Part shown: in pieces, positions 17,671 through 28,381 of the stretch
How the letters are laid out: the number at the start of each line of letters is the position of its first letter
How positions within the stretch are numbered: the first letter of the stretch is position 1
From: Cyanophyceae cyanobacterium
GTDB lineage: Bacteria > Cyanobacteriota > Cyanobacteriia > Cyanobacteriales > Laspinemataceae
Assembly (NCBI GenBank): GCA_038321985.1
Contig: JBBQFN010000001.1
Location: 224,001-288,000, forward strand
Direction of reading: 5' to 3'
Length of the DNA stretch: 64,000 nucleotides
Translations under genes and position numbers: made by a program
Notes under the pieces: generated by a model
Seen by the model: the letters and a program-made list of their open reading frames with translations, nothing else
The model's database searches: none
Told to the model about the DNA's origin: nothing

Positions 17671-19752
17671 TTAGGGAGATAAACGACCTTTTTTGAGACG
17701 ATGTTTCTCATACCATTCTGCTATGGCGGGGACCCATTCTTGAAAATGCGGCCAAATCAAATCGCAGAGTTTTTGGCATTCGAGTTGGGCGTCGGGCTTG
17801 GCGCGAAGATCGAGTAAGTGCATAAGACTTCGCGCATTGAAGGAGACAACCCAGTGTTGACGGACATCAAAGGGAATAATGCCTCGGGCGTGTTCTTCTG
17901 ATGTCCCTTCTTCAATCAAAACCTGATAGCGTTTGGCAGCATCTAAACACCAAGCTAAATCACGATCGCGTTGTTGTTGGGTATATTCATAGCGTTTTCC
18001 CTGGCGATCGGTATAGTAGCCAACGGGACGTAAATAAAACACATCTTCAATGTCTCGAATGCCTTTTGCTGCATCAACAATTCGGTTACCCGTATAGCGA
18101 TTCGAGTTATGAACGACTATTCCATTCGCGACGAAATTATGCCGAGGGCCTTCTACTTCTAAATCATAGGTCATCTGGCATCCCAAAAACTCAACATGAG
18201 TCACCTTCACCGGATGTGCCCCCAGTTTATTGCCCGGTGACTTTGGTTTATCTTTCCAATTTTGGGGTTCAACAATAGGTCGGTAAGTTTGAGCAAACTC
18301 CGCTTCTTTGTTATTTTGATGGATATCCTCGTGGCAAGTTTTACATAAAGTCACGAGATTATCAAAATCATAAGCTAAAAGTTCATCCGCATAAACAGGA
18401 ACTAAATGATGAGCGTTTAATTCACCACCTCTTTCGCCACAACACTGACAAATGTAATTGGACTTTCTATGGACTTCAGGAGCAATTTGCCTTGTCCAAG
18501 CACCAATAAGTTCACGTTCATTGGAAGTTCCCCCTTTCCAGAAATTAGACTCCGCTCCTCTTCTGGTATATCGTCTAGCATTTTGTCGCCTTTTTTCACG
18601 GCTTTCCGGGGAAAGGTTTAAGCTGTAGCCTCCCTTGTCTTTATTCCAGGGGATTGCCGAGCCTTTGGGTCGCTTGTTCAAAGAAAGATCGTAGAAGTAG
18701 ACCCACTTTTTAATCGTTGAAATTGAACAACCGGCAAGTTGCGCGATCGCATCTACATAAAGCCCTTTGCTCAATTGTGTTTCTAGCCAAGAGCGATTCT
18801 GATACAGTGCATTGGGTCGAGCATTCCAAGGCACTTGCTCTGGACGAAACTGAGTATTTTTAGCGTTCAAAGACAAGTCATATTTTTTCACCCAGTCTTT
18901 CACCGCAGTTCTCGAACACTGAGATCGCTCGGCCATTTCTTCTACAGAAAGACCCTGCTCGATCTGCTGTGCAAGCCACTCTTTATTTCTGTAGAGTCCA
19001 TTACCGGCCACCGCTATGCCATTACACATTACCTTACAAGGCTTGGTCATGTTAATGACCCGACCATCTTCCGCTGTGACTAAACCTACCGCGTCTCCCA
19101 TCGTCTGCCAGCCTTGTGCAGTAAATAAGCGGTGATTGGTCGTACAATCCAGGGTTTTGCCATCCTCTAAAGTTACGCGATAAACGGGTTGAATTCCTTT
19201 TACAAGGACATCTTTAATGCGGCCAATTTCAAAAAAACCAGTAGCTTCATTGAGAACCCTCAAGCGCATTTTTTTGATTCGCGTTTTACAATCACGCCGA
19301 TATTCGCCCGGAGCTTCTCCATTTCTGCCCCGAATTTCTCTTCGACGAATCGCCTTTTCTCCGTTAGTCCAGAGGTCATATAACTCTCCAATATTTTTCT
19401 TGAGCTTTGGGCTACTCATTCCGTTGGTGTCAACAAAGGTAACTTCGGTGTCTCCAGCCAGACATTGCACATCGAATGAAATTCCGACGCGATGTGTACG
19501 AATTTGCTGCATGACGCTATGGGGAAAAAAGCCACAATTGAACACAATTCCCACGTGCTCAATCGGCCCATAATGACCCCTTTCTCCGGCTAAAAGACGC
19601 TTGACGATCAGTTCTCCACATTTGGTTTCTGACGGCCAGGAATCGCGATCGTCATAAACAAATCCCTCGCTATAATCTTGGTGCATTGCTGCATAAATGA
19701 CTTGCTGAGGATTGGGGGTTTTGGTAATTACTTCTACTCTAAATCGATCCAT
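17671..19752 (-). CDS. thyX: Flavin-dependent thymidylate synthase ThyX, intein-containing precursor (240 aa after splicing)
   Basis: GHYGPIEH, QIRTHRVGISFDVQ|SNRY ThyX motif, EHARG, NARSLMHLLDLR and AQLE. Confidence 0.96.
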   Translation of the reverse strand: MDRFRVEVITKTPNPQQVIYAAMHQDYSEGFVYDDRDSWPSETKCGELIVKRLLAGERGHYGPIEHVGIVFNCGFFPHSVMQQIRTHRVGISFDVQCLAGDTEVTFVDTNGMSSPKLKKNIGELYDLWTNGEKAIRRREIRGRNGEAPGEYRRDCKTRIKKMRLRVLNEATGFFEIGRIKDVLVKGIQPVYRVTLEDGKTLDCTTNHRLFTAQGWQTMGDAVGLVTAEDGRVINMTKPCKVMCNGIAVAGNGLYRNKEWLAQQIEQGLSVEEMAERSQCSRTAVKDWVKKYDLSLNAKNTQFRPEQVPWNARPNALYQNRSWLETQLSKGLYVDAIAQLAGCSISTIKKWVYFYDLSLNKRPKGSAIPWNKDKGGYSLNLSPESREKRRQNARRYTRRGAESNFWKGGTSNERELIGAWTRQIAPEVHRKSNYICQCCGERGGELNAHHLVPVYADELLAYDFDNLVTLCKTCHEDIHQNNKEAEFAQTYRPIVEPQNWKDKPKSPGNKLGAHPVKVTHVEFLGCQMTYDLEVEGPRHNFVANGIVVHNSNRYTGNRIVDAAKGIRDIEDVFYLRPVGYYTDRQGKRYEYTQQQRDRDLAWCLDAAKRYQVLIEEGTSEEHARGIIPFDVRQHWVVSFNARSLMHLLDLRAKPDAQLECQKLCDLIWPHFQEWVPAIAEWYEKHRLKKGRLSP
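18106..19464 (-). mobile_element. 453-aa intein with HNH homing endonuclease and two HTH-like repeats
   Basis: Starts CLAGDT; block B CTTNHRLFT; block F/G TYDLEV...NFVANGIVVHN then S+1; internal CQCCG...AHH...NLVTLCKTCH. Confidence 0.95.
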
Positions 19753-19884
19753 GATTTATCCCTAACTTCTGATTGGCTTCGCCTGGGGGAATCCCCCGAT
19801 CGCGGATTGGTTCTGGGTTGCACTTACCGGCTTCTTGGATTTGCCAAATTTTTTATCTTATCATAAATTTCTATCATAGGACCC

Positions 19885-21540
19885 TTACAAATTTGCGATC
19901 GCCTCGGCAAATTTCTGGAAATTTTCGGGTTCCTGTTGGGATGCCAGGACGAGATAATGGAGGGAGACGATCGCCAAGTCGGCGGATAAGCTACATTTGC
20001 GGCGATCGCTGAGTCTCCAATCATTCTTGACGAAGATCTCCTCTAATTCTTTATAAGCCTCTCGAATCGCTTCAAAACAGCCTTGATAACTGGATATTTG
20101 CTGCCATTGTTCTGACGATTGATACCGTTGGTTTAGAATTTTGGCCGTGGGGTCGAATCCTTCGTTATGCCAGTAGGTTTGTAAATCTCTTGCGGGTGAA
20201 TAGGGTTGGATAAACTCTTGAAAAATTTCGGGATAATGTTCGGCAAGATAAGTTAAATATTTGGTGGAATAGACAGCTAAATCGGCAAAAGTATCGAGAA
20301 CAGATTCATCGGCAGTGGGTTTGATATTTTCAGTGAACATGGTTTCGAGTCGGTCATATTTCCGGGAAATGCCGGCAAATACTCCGAGTGCTTCACCGTG
20401 CTTTTTCCAGCTATTTTTATAAACTAGGGTTTTCTTGTAGTGGAGGCTGCTTAATAAATCGAATATTTCCGAGAAAGAGTAGCACTCTGTTTGTTCTTGA
20501 GTTTGCCAGAGATAATTTAAATAGTCTTTTTCCTGGGGTTGGAGGGGAATCACTTCGCGGTTGTTCCAAAGTCTAGCAAAATACTCGATTGTTGCAATTT
20601 TGAAGTCATTCGGGGGTAATTTTGCTATCAAGTCTGCTATTTGAGGCGGTGTATCTCCGTGCAAATGTCGATTGTAAATGTACAATAATTCTAGGCTATT
20701 TTTAATTAAGTTATCGGGGATTTCGCTGAGTTCATCAGTCAATCTAAAGGACTCTTGCCGCATTTTATTTTCTAACTCAAACCAGCGCGAAAGGGTGGCA
20801 TCAATTTCTGCAAGGGGTGTGGTAAATTGAGGGGGCTTAAATCCAAATTCATATAAAGTTTTTAGTTTCTGGAATTCTAGCACCTTTTGCGCTTGTTCTA
20901 AGTAGCGATCGCCTAAATGTATTTCACTGATGAAGCAGCAATATTCCCCGACTTGGGTCCCTGTCCAATAGGCGACTGCCTCCTGGAAAACACTCAATCC
21001 CAAGGGATTAATCCCTGAAGTCCCGGAAAAAATATCATGAGACTGAATGCAAATATTCAGATGCAATTTGCCATTTCTAATTAAAAATTGCATCCAATTT
21101 GAGCCAGCCATCCCAGGATTTATGGCATCGTTTAATTGGGAATTAGATAAATTAATCACCGCCTCACTGCTACTGGAATCAGCCTGGAGAAGCCGGATAA
21201 CTTCTCGAATAGTGGGGTTGAGATGCAAGTTTTTTATATTCAAATCGTAACTGTTACCCGGCCAGGATTTCTCCTCAAAAAAATCAAGGGCTTGGGGGAG
21301 ATAACGATACAGGAATCCTAAATCTTTACGGCCCGATAGTTCCCAAAACGTGGCGGCAATTTGAGCGAATAGATTAGAGTTGAGATGGGGAATGATATTA
21401 ATTCGTTCTAGGGGAAAGGCAATCTTAATCAGGCGCGATCGCCCTGCTTTGAATTCTGTACCGCGCACCCAAATAGTTTCTGGGGATTCTAATAATACTT
21501 GGAGTTCCGCGTAAAATGCATGAGTGGTGTTTCTAAACAT
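19885..21540 (-). CDS. Degenerate thymidylate synthase/dNMP hydroxymethylase-like domain fused to a DUF1599 (Nmad1)-like helical domain
   Basis: Residues 1-220 follow the TS fold (NWMQFLIRNGKLHL..QSHDIFSGTSGIN...VGEY...IHL); residues 356-430 read KKTLVYKNSW...RKYDRL...DESVLDTFADLAVYS. Confidence 0.75.
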   Translation of the reverse strand: MFRNTTHAFYAELQVLLESPETIWVRGTEFKAGRSRLIKIAFPLERINIIPHLNSNLFAQIAATFWELSGRKDLGFLYRYLPQALDFFEEKSWPGNSYDLNIKNLHLNPTIREVIRLLQADSSSSEAVINLSNSQLNDAINPGMAGSNWMQFLIRNGKLHLNICIQSHDIFSGTSGINPLGLSVFQEAVAYWTGTQVGEYCCFISEIHLGDRYLEQAQKVLEFQKLKTLYEFGFKPPQFTTPLAEIDATLSRWFELENKMRQESFRLTDELSEIPDNLIKNSLELLYIYNRHLHGDTPPQIADLIAKLPPNDFKIATIEYFARLWNNREVIPLQPQEKDYLNYLWQTQEQTECYSFSEIFDLLSSLHYKKTLVYKNSWKKHGEALGVFAGISRKYDRLETMFTENIKPTADESVLDTFADLAVYSTKYLTYLAEHYPEIFQEFIQPYSPARDLQTYWHNEGFDPTAKILNQRYQSSEQWQQISSYQGCFEAIREAYKELEEIFVKNDWRLSDRRKCSLSADLAIVSLHYLVLASQQEPENFQKFAEAIANL

Positions 21541-21910
21541 TTTTATAAACCTTTTTACCGGGAGAATTTGGACTGGTTATTTTAGATAAAGACAACTTAA
21601 AATTATTTTACCCTCAACCTTGAATTAATTAGCAATTCCATCTTTAATTTATCACTAAATTGGGTATTATAAGTCGTGCAATTAGGCATTTAATTGGCAT
21701 AAAAGTTAGGCATAGGCAGTGAGGCGGGATAAGAACCCTTGACATAGAAAATCCGGCCAGAAGTGCCTGGACCGATCGCAGTTTTCAATATATCATGAGA
21801 TTGCCCCGATAGAAAGAGGATGCAGTTGGCAATTAAACCGAGGCCGCCTGTCCCCCAGACGGGACCGGGGTTGCGGTTAGCTTTTCAGAAGGCGATCGCA
21901 CTTCCATCCA

Positions 21911-22750
21911 TTATTCTTCCTTAGAAAATTCATGTTCGATTACAAACACATTGGCGTAAAGATTAGCAATAATTTGTTTTCCCTGCTGAGTCAATTCCAG
22001 ACAACTCAACCCGTCTTTAATATATTGATAAACCACTCCCCAATAAAATTTAGAATAATTTTTTCTCAGATCCCCAGGATTTTTATAGCCTACCTTTTGA
22101 TTGAATCCTGTTTCCTCAAACTCATAAAATAATCCCGAAATTTTTTTGAGGTAGCGGGGATCGCTGAGTTGACCGATGAGATCAGCAGCCCGAACTAAAC
22201 CCGGATAATGAACCGTATCTTGATGATCCGCAGCCGCTGGAACGGGAAAACGAGTCAGTTCGATATTGAGTTTAATTTCTTCAGCATTGATTAATTTGTG
22301 ACCGCCAAACCGTTCGTCAACAAAGAGTTTACCTCGATCAACGTGATAGGGAGTCAAGCTGGCGTCAGTGCATCCTGGATCGAGGGCGACCATTGTACCA
22401 TCGATGCCCGTGGCATACAATCCTTCCCTATCTTCTCGGCAAACGCCCTTAACATAGCCAATATCATGGCATAACAAAGAGAGGGTAAAATGTAGCCAAT
22501 CTTCACAAGAAACCCCGCCTTCGCGGATATGTTTACCCCGGAGAACTTCCTGGCCGACGAGGGTCACTAAGATGGTATGCTCGACATTATGATACAGGGC
22601 ATCACTGTTGGCGATATTCTCTAAGGCCATGCCTCCGGCCCAGGCAATAATGTCTGCATAGTCTGGCTTAAGTCCGCCATACATTCGATGATAGCCTTGG
22701 CGCAGTTTTTTAACAAAGTCGGAAATTAATATCTGTGTGATGCTGTACAT
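21911..22750 (-). CDS. HD-domain metal-dependent phosphohydrolase (conserved cyanobacterial family)
   Basis: YHNVEHT, LCHDIGY, YHVDRG and AADLIGQ. Confidence 0.88.
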   Translation of the reverse strand: MYSITQILISDFVKKLRQGYHRMYGGLKPDYADIIAWAGGMALENIANSDALYHNVEHTILVTLVGQEVLRGKHIREGGVSCEDWLHFTLSLLCHDIGYVKGVCREDREGLYATGIDGTMVALDPGCTDASLTPYHVDRGKLFVDERFGGHKLINAEEIKLNIELTRFPVPAAADHQDTVHYPGLVRAADLIGQLSDPRYLKKISGLFYEFEETGFNQKVGYKNPGDLRKNYSKFYWGVVYQYIKDGLSCLELTQQGKQIIANLYANVFVIEHEFSKEE

Positions 22751-23415
22751 ATCCCGTCATCTCGCTATCAAGGCAGGCTATAGGGTAAGAGTGGGAAAAG
22801 TTTTGCCCCGATTCCCTCAACCCGATCGTCTTTGGTGTTTTGTAGACCTTTTATGCTGCTGTTGGAATTTACCCAAACTCTACCTCGTTTGGGGGAGTTA
22901 GGACTACCACCAAACGAGTGTCTCTAGTCGCAAGTCAATTGCCCCATCGTTATCTATAATATTAAGGATAATTCTCCTTGCGGGCTAGTTATTTTTTGGA
23001 GATGGAAGGGGCCTTAGCACCTAGTCGGAACCGTGCGATCGCCAACAAGCTGATGTATTTTATTATCGTTGGTACGGGGCTGGAAAGCTCTATTTTAACT
23101 GAATTCTCCCTGAATGACTCTCATCAGGTGGCCCGGATTGAGCCATCGCCAGAACGCCCCAGCCGGCGGTGTTGTGGGTCAGCGGGTTGGGGGTTTGGAT
23201 TATGGTTTTGATCCATCTGGGCCCCGGGGAATACCGATGGGGTAGGTTTGTCTACGGGAATTTCCCCTGGGGATTTGCAATCGGGAGGGAAATTGTCTTG
23301 ATTGGGTTGATTGGACAACTGGAGATTATTCCGGTGATGTTGCTATTAGGCTCACTTTTTGGGGGAGTAAAGACAGGTCTTTCTAAGTCTTTCCGGTAAA
23401 CATCAAAACTTAGGT

Positions 23416-24021
23416 TTAGGGTCTTTTTACGGGTTGGGATAGCAAGGCTTGTGCCTCGGAAATCGCCTCGTCCGAAAATCCCATTTGATGCAACAAATGC
23501 CGTGCCTGAAGTGGAGTAAGGGGGGAGGTTTCCTGGAATTTAGCAACAGCTGTTAACCATTGTTGAAACTGCATCAAACTCAGGGGTTTGGAGTTGAGCA
23601 CCTCCTGAACTCGGGGAACTCGATTTAACGGTGCTGTTTGCATTTGTAATAGGGTAATAAACTGCTGCAACTGTTCAACTTGTTCCGGGGTTAAACCCTC
23701 TAACTGAAGCCCGTTCTCCTCGCTTTCAGAAATTTCTTGATTTCCCTTCCCGGAGAGGCTTTTGCCCTTCGGGTGACGAGTGGCAATTCCCGCTAGAAAA
23801 GCACCCAAAATAGTCCCGGTCCACAATCCAGCGGTGCCCCCTTTGAACATCGCTGGACTTTGTTGAACTCGGCACAAGGTATTTAATAATTCATAATCAC
23901 TGGCATTACATTGAGAGGTATGGGCCAGCCACCGCATCTGTCCACCCCAAAATGAACCCAAAGCACCGGCTAACAGGGCAACTGCGGTGCAGATTAACAT
24001 CCGTTTTTTTGATTTGTTCAT
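23416..24021 (-). CDS. Hypothetical membrane protein
   Basis: 201-aa ORF with two hydrophobic segments and a helical Q/L-rich C-terminus. Confidence 0.6.
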   Translation of the reverse strand: MNKSKKRMLICTAVALLAGALGSFWGGQMRWLAHTSQCNASDYELLNTLCRVQQSPAMFKGGTAGLWTGTILGAFLAGIATRHPKGKSLSGKGNQEISESEENGLQLEGLTPEQVEQLQQFITLLQMQTAPLNRVPRVQEVLNSKPLSLMQFQQWLTAVAKFQETSPLTPLQARHLLHQMGFSDEAISEAQALLSQPVKRP

Positions 24022-24146
24022 AATACCCTGAAAACTCGGCTCGGTTTGCTTTTCATTCTTGGACCTCCGATAACCCTCCCCAAGACATCGAGGAGGGGAC
24101 CGGAAGTAACTCCCAGTGTAATCAGTCTAACGAATCCCTGAACCAA

Positions 24147-27100
24147 TCAACCTGTATTTCTCATCCCGGCAGCGATTCCGTTAATAGTTAATAAGGCACC
24201 GCGCAGCAATTCTCCCTTGCTATATCGTGAGTGAATTACTCCAGTTACGGACTGACTTTGATGTTCGCGCAGGCGTTTGAGAAGGGAGACTTGTAATAAA
24301 CCTAAAGGAACGATAGTTGCATTCCGCAACTGTACCGATCGCTGGAGGTCCGGGTCTCCATCTAACAGCCGTTGGTGTTCGGTAATAGCGAGCACTAAAT
24401 CTCGGGTTAGGTTAAATTCGCTGGCAATTTGGTTGAACAGGGCTTCAAAGCGATCGCGATTTTCCGGTTGGGTCAGTTCCCGGACATAGTGATGCGCGAT
24501 TTCCATATCCACCTTAGAGAGGGTCATTTCTACCTTAGAAATTACCATCTTAAAGAACGGCCATTTGAGATAGAAATAGCGTAGTAATTTCAGATGTTCT
24601 TCGGGTTCTTGTTCCAGGAAATTGTTAAGCGCTGTTCCCACTCCATACCATGCCGGTAGCAGGAAGCGAGTTTGGGTCCAGCTAAATACCCAAGGAATTG
24701 CCCGTAGGGAACCTAAATCCCGCTTGCCGGTACTGCGTCGTGCAGGTCGCGAAGAGATTTGCAATTTGCTGATTTCATCAATAGGGGTGACTTCATGGAA
24801 GAAATCGATAAAATCAGGCTGTTCGTAAATCAGGGCGCGATAGTGCTGCCGCGATCGCGTAGATAACTCCTCCATGATTTGGTTCCAGGCTTCGATATCG
24901 TCAAACCCGGAACCGAGTAAGCTACTTTGAATGACCGCACTGGCGATAGTTTCTAAATTGTAAAGGGCTAACTCGGGTAACGTGTATTTGCTGGCTAAAA
25001 CTTCCCCTTGTTCGGTAATTTTAATCCGCCCTTTAATACTCCGGCCTGGTTGAGCTAAAATCGCCTCATACGCTGGACCGCCACCGCGACCGACGGACCC
25101 CCCGCGACCGTGAAAGATTCGCAATACCACGCCGTAGCGATCGCCAATGATTTGTAAGGCTTTTTGTGCCTTATGAATTTCCCAATTACTGCTGAGAAAA
25201 CCCGAATCTTTATTACTATCAGAATATCCCAGCATCACCTCTTGTAATTTAGGAAGCTGAATGTGAGAAGATTTGAGGTTAGAAATATTCGATCCGGAAG
25301 TTTCGCTGACGGTGACTGGGAGAGAATTCTGATATCCCCCAGACAATAAAGCGTTATAGAGAGGCAGTTCAAAGAGTTGCTGAATGACTGTCGGTGCCCG
25401 TTTAAGGTCCTCTACGGTTTCAAATAAGGGGACAACTTGGATCGTTCCTATGCCGGTCGCTGGGTCATAAAGACCGGCTTCTTTTGCCAGCAGCAGGACT
25501 TCTAACAAATCACTAACATCATGGCTCATGCTGATGATGTAGGTTTGACAGATTTCCAAGCCAAACTCTTCTTGGAGAGCCCGTAGCATTCTAAAGGTGG
25601 AAATAATCTCGCTATTCTGCTCCGAAAAGGGCAGTTCGGCTGGGATTAAAGGACGTCTGGTTTGCAGTTCTGCGATCAACCAATCCGTGCGTTCGTCTTC
25701 CGATAATTCGTTGTAAGGCTGGGGCAAGATTTGCAGGTAGTCTGCGATTTCATTAAGGGCGTCACTGTGGCGAGATGACTCTTGACGGATATCTAAATGC
25801 GCCAAAATAAAGCCATAAATTTCAACTTGACAAATGAGTTGTTCAAGGTCTCGACAGCTTAAACCCGTTGCCGCTAAATTACGTTGAATTAGTCGCAATT
25901 CCGCCAAGAAATCTGCTCCGGAGTGATACATCGGAGCATTTTTGATGTCGCTCAGATGGCGATTCCAGTCCGACTCGGTGTAGAGACGTTGATTGCGATC
26001 GCGGGTATTTTCTAAGCGATGCAGGATATAGGCTAGTTTTAACCGATAGGGTTCCTGCCGATAGCGAATTGCCAGCTTTTCATAAATGTCTGGCATTTGC
26101 AAGCGGTCTTGTTCTAGGGATTCCAGGAGTTCGGGTAAAACTTCACTCCAGTGCAGAGACAAGGACAGCAGTTGGGTCAAGCGATCGAGGGAACCCATGT
26201 ATTTGTCTAAGATTAACTGCCGCTGATAGCAGGCAGTTTTCCAAGTAATGGAAGGAGTACAATAAGGATTTCCATCGCGGTCAGACCCGACCCATGAACC
26301 AAATTTGCAGAAGTTGTAACGGGGTGGTTGCAGATAAGGAAATGAGGCTTGTAACGACCGTTTTAGCCGTTGATGAAGTTGGGGGACCGCATCAAATAAG
26401 ACCTCTTTGAAATAGTGCAGAGTATAATCCACTTCATCGAGGACCGAGGGTTTAAACTGATGCAATTCGTCCGTGCGCCACCAAAGTCGAATTTCTTCCG
26501 TTAGGGCTTCTATTAGGTCTTCGGTTTCGCAGGATGTCGCTTGACTATCCGGTTGCCGACCTTCTTCTAAGCTGTCGAGTTCTTGCAAAATTTGGGCCAG
26601 CCGCCGCTGTTTAGTTCGTAAAGTATGACGAACAATTTCCGTCGGGTGCGCGGTAAAGACCAAGCGAATATCCAGACTTTCCATGATTTTCTGGATTTGC
26701 TGCGGCGGGACATTCAACTGCTTTAATTTGGGAAATAAAGCGGAGAAGTTCGCAAATTCTCGACGGCGAGTGATGGTCTCACTGGTGAAGTAAGGGCTTT
26801 CCTTGGGGATATCGAAGTTTTCTTCGGGAGTGACACTGTTAATCGAGCCGACCCCAAGCAGGCGATCGCGCTGTTCATAATGTTGTTCGATAATGTTAAT
26901 CAGTTGGAAGTACAGCGCAAACGCCCGAGCAGCACGAATGGCATCGTTGAGGTCCAACTGTTCTACTAATTTCAAAACACTGGATTCCGAGAAGTTGCAA
27001 GCTTGTCCCTCCACAGAATACATCGATCGCAGTTGCGCCAGTAGAACCACTAATTCCTGTCCGCATTCAGTCCGTAAGACGGACTCCCATAAGTCCTCGA

Positions 27101-27182
27101 CAACTTTGAGACGATGACGTAGAAATAAGTCGGATGAACTAACTTTCATAACAGAATTTGAGGGTTCGAGTCGTAAAGTCAT
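24147..27182 (-). CDS. ppc: Phosphoenolpyruvate carboxylase
   Basis: [50 protein letters not shown] and GMRNTG; GAGG RBS before ATG 27182. Confidence 0.98.
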   Translation of the reverse strand: MTLRLEPSNSVMKVSSSDLFLRHRLKVVEDLWESVLRTECGQELVVLLAQLRSMYSVEGQACNFSESSVLKLVEQLDLNDAIRAARAFALYFQLINIIEQHYEQRDRLLGVGSINSVTPEENFDIPKESPYFTSETITRRREFANFSALFPKLKQLNVPPQQIQKIMESLDIRLVFTAHPTEIVRHTLRTKQRRLAQILQELDSLEEGRQPDSQATSCETEDLIEALTEEIRLWWRTDELHQFKPSVLDEVDYTLHYFKEVLFDAVPQLHQRLKRSLQASFPYLQPPRYNFCKFGSWVGSDRDGNPYCTPSITWKTACYQRQLILDKYMGSLDRLTQLLSLSLHWSEVLPELLESLEQDRLQMPDIYEKLAIRYRQEPYRLKLAYILHRLENTRDRNQRLYTESDWNRHLSDIKNAPMYHSGADFLAELRLIQRNLAATGLSCRDLEQLICQVEIYGFILAHLDIRQESSRHSDALNEIADYLQILPQPYNELSEDERTDWLIAELQTRRPLIPAELPFSEQNSEIISTFRMLRALQEEFGLEICQTYIISMSHDVSDLLEVLLLAKEAGLYDPATGIGTIQVVPLFETVEDLKRAPTVIQQLFELPLYNALLSGGYQNSLPVTVSETSGSNISNLKSSHIQLPKLQEVMLGYSDSNKDSGFLSSNWEIHKAQKALQIIGDRYGVVLRIFHGRGGSVGRGGGPAYEAILAQPGRSIKGRIKITEQGEVLASKYTLPELALYNLETIASAVIQSSLLGSGFDDIEAWNQIMEELSTRSRQHYRALIYEQPDFIDFFHEVTPIDEISKLQISSRPARRSTGKRDLGSLRAIPWVFSWTQTRFLLPAWYGVGTALNNFLEQEPEEHLKLLRYFYLKWPFFKMVISKVEMTLSKVDMEIAHHYVRELTQPENRDRFEALFNQIASEFNLTRDLVLAITEHQRLLDGDPDLQRSVQLRNATIVPLGLLQVSLLKRLREHQSQSVTGVIHSRYSKGELLRGALLTINGIAAGMRNTG

Positions 27183-28004
27183 CAGAACCTCCTGGAATAT
27201 TTGAAACCCCCGGTCTAAACCGGGGACGAACACGACTCAAGGGACTGTGATCCCGGTGAGGGACTAAATGGTATTTTGGCGCTTAAAGGGGTCAGTCGGT
27301 GAACCTAAATAAACCTAACTCTCATGTAGTTAAATTATCCAAACCCAAGAAAGGCTGTTATTCCCATAAAAGTGGGACGCCACAGGTTTTCTCTTTTCAA
27401 TTTTATTTTTACCGGAGTTAGGTTCACCGACTTCAATCCCACTTATCAGAGCGCAGATTGGTGTTAAGTTCATAAACTACCACGTTGGTTGTCACAGTGC
27501 CATTACTGCCCCGCCGAGTCGCGGGCCATGATTTTATGTAAGCGCTATTCTGCTCTATCGAGGGATAACCCCGGTTTGTTCAGAATGGGGTGCCACCATC
27601 CCAACCGGCTAAGGTCGGATATTAACCAATTTTACGGTCCATCCTGGTATTTTTAACAGGCTTCGGGCCTGGGGCGATCAGGGTCTTGACGGACTCAGTT
27701 TACCCTCTAACCGCTCCAGACTCTGGGTTTCTTCTCGATCCAATCGGTTGGCATGACCCGGGATTGTCCGCTTTAATCAACTAGATTTCCTGACAATTGC
27801 CCTCGGGGTGGATTGACTTCCCACCCTAAGGCTCTACAGTTAGAATTTAGTTGGCATCAGTAGTAAAGTAGAGACAGGGCATTCAATCCAGGCAGTTTTA
27901 TCAGGGAAACTTGAGGGGAATCAAGGGGTCCCCAGAGCTGAACCCGGTGGCAAGAACGCCGCAAGTGGCGATCTCCATTGCTCCAGTGGCCCCTTGATTG
28001 GGAT

Positions 28005-28244
28005 TTAGTCGCCCTCAGAATGGGGAAAATTCAGGACCGGGAGGCGATCGCCTCGAAACACTTCTTCACTGGCCTGACCCATGGACTGAAGCATTTCGCT
28101 TACCGCTTTTCCCCCCAGCAAAGCCCCTAGAAACGGAGGCGTGAGCAAAGTAATCAGCAATTCGGAGGGAATTTTGACAAATGGCTCAGTAGAGTCAGGT
28201 TTGGGGGAAATAGATTCGCTATTCGGTGAGTTTGATGAGTTCAT
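28005..28244 (-). CDS. Small conserved cyanobacterial hypothetical protein
   Basis: Ends GQASEEVFRGDRLPVLNFP, recalled as a conserved cyanobacterial small-protein motif; AGAGG RBS. Confidence 0.65.
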   Translation of the reverse strand: MNSSNSPNSESISPKPDSTEPFVKIPSELLITLLTPPFLGALLGGKAVSEMLQSMGQASEEVFRGDRLPVLNFPHSEGD

Positions 28245-28381
28245 AGGGACCTCTTATTAAGCTTGACAACATTAAAATGAGAATCTGAGAATGACCAACT
28301 TCGGCCATCTCAACTATGCCAAAATTTACGAGTTATGCTATCCGTAGCAAACCGAATGAGGAGCGGGGAGATCAATCATTC

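Noticed and set aside
19885..21540. Calling this gene thyA
   Set aside because: The catalytic Cys, Arg, Glu and Tyr equivalents are absent and extra domains are present; ThyX is the credible dTMP synthase here.
22978..23399. Short overlapping ORFs between the HD gene and the membrane protein gene
   Set aside because: They have no motifs, use non-ATG starts and overlap each other, so they are likely spurious.
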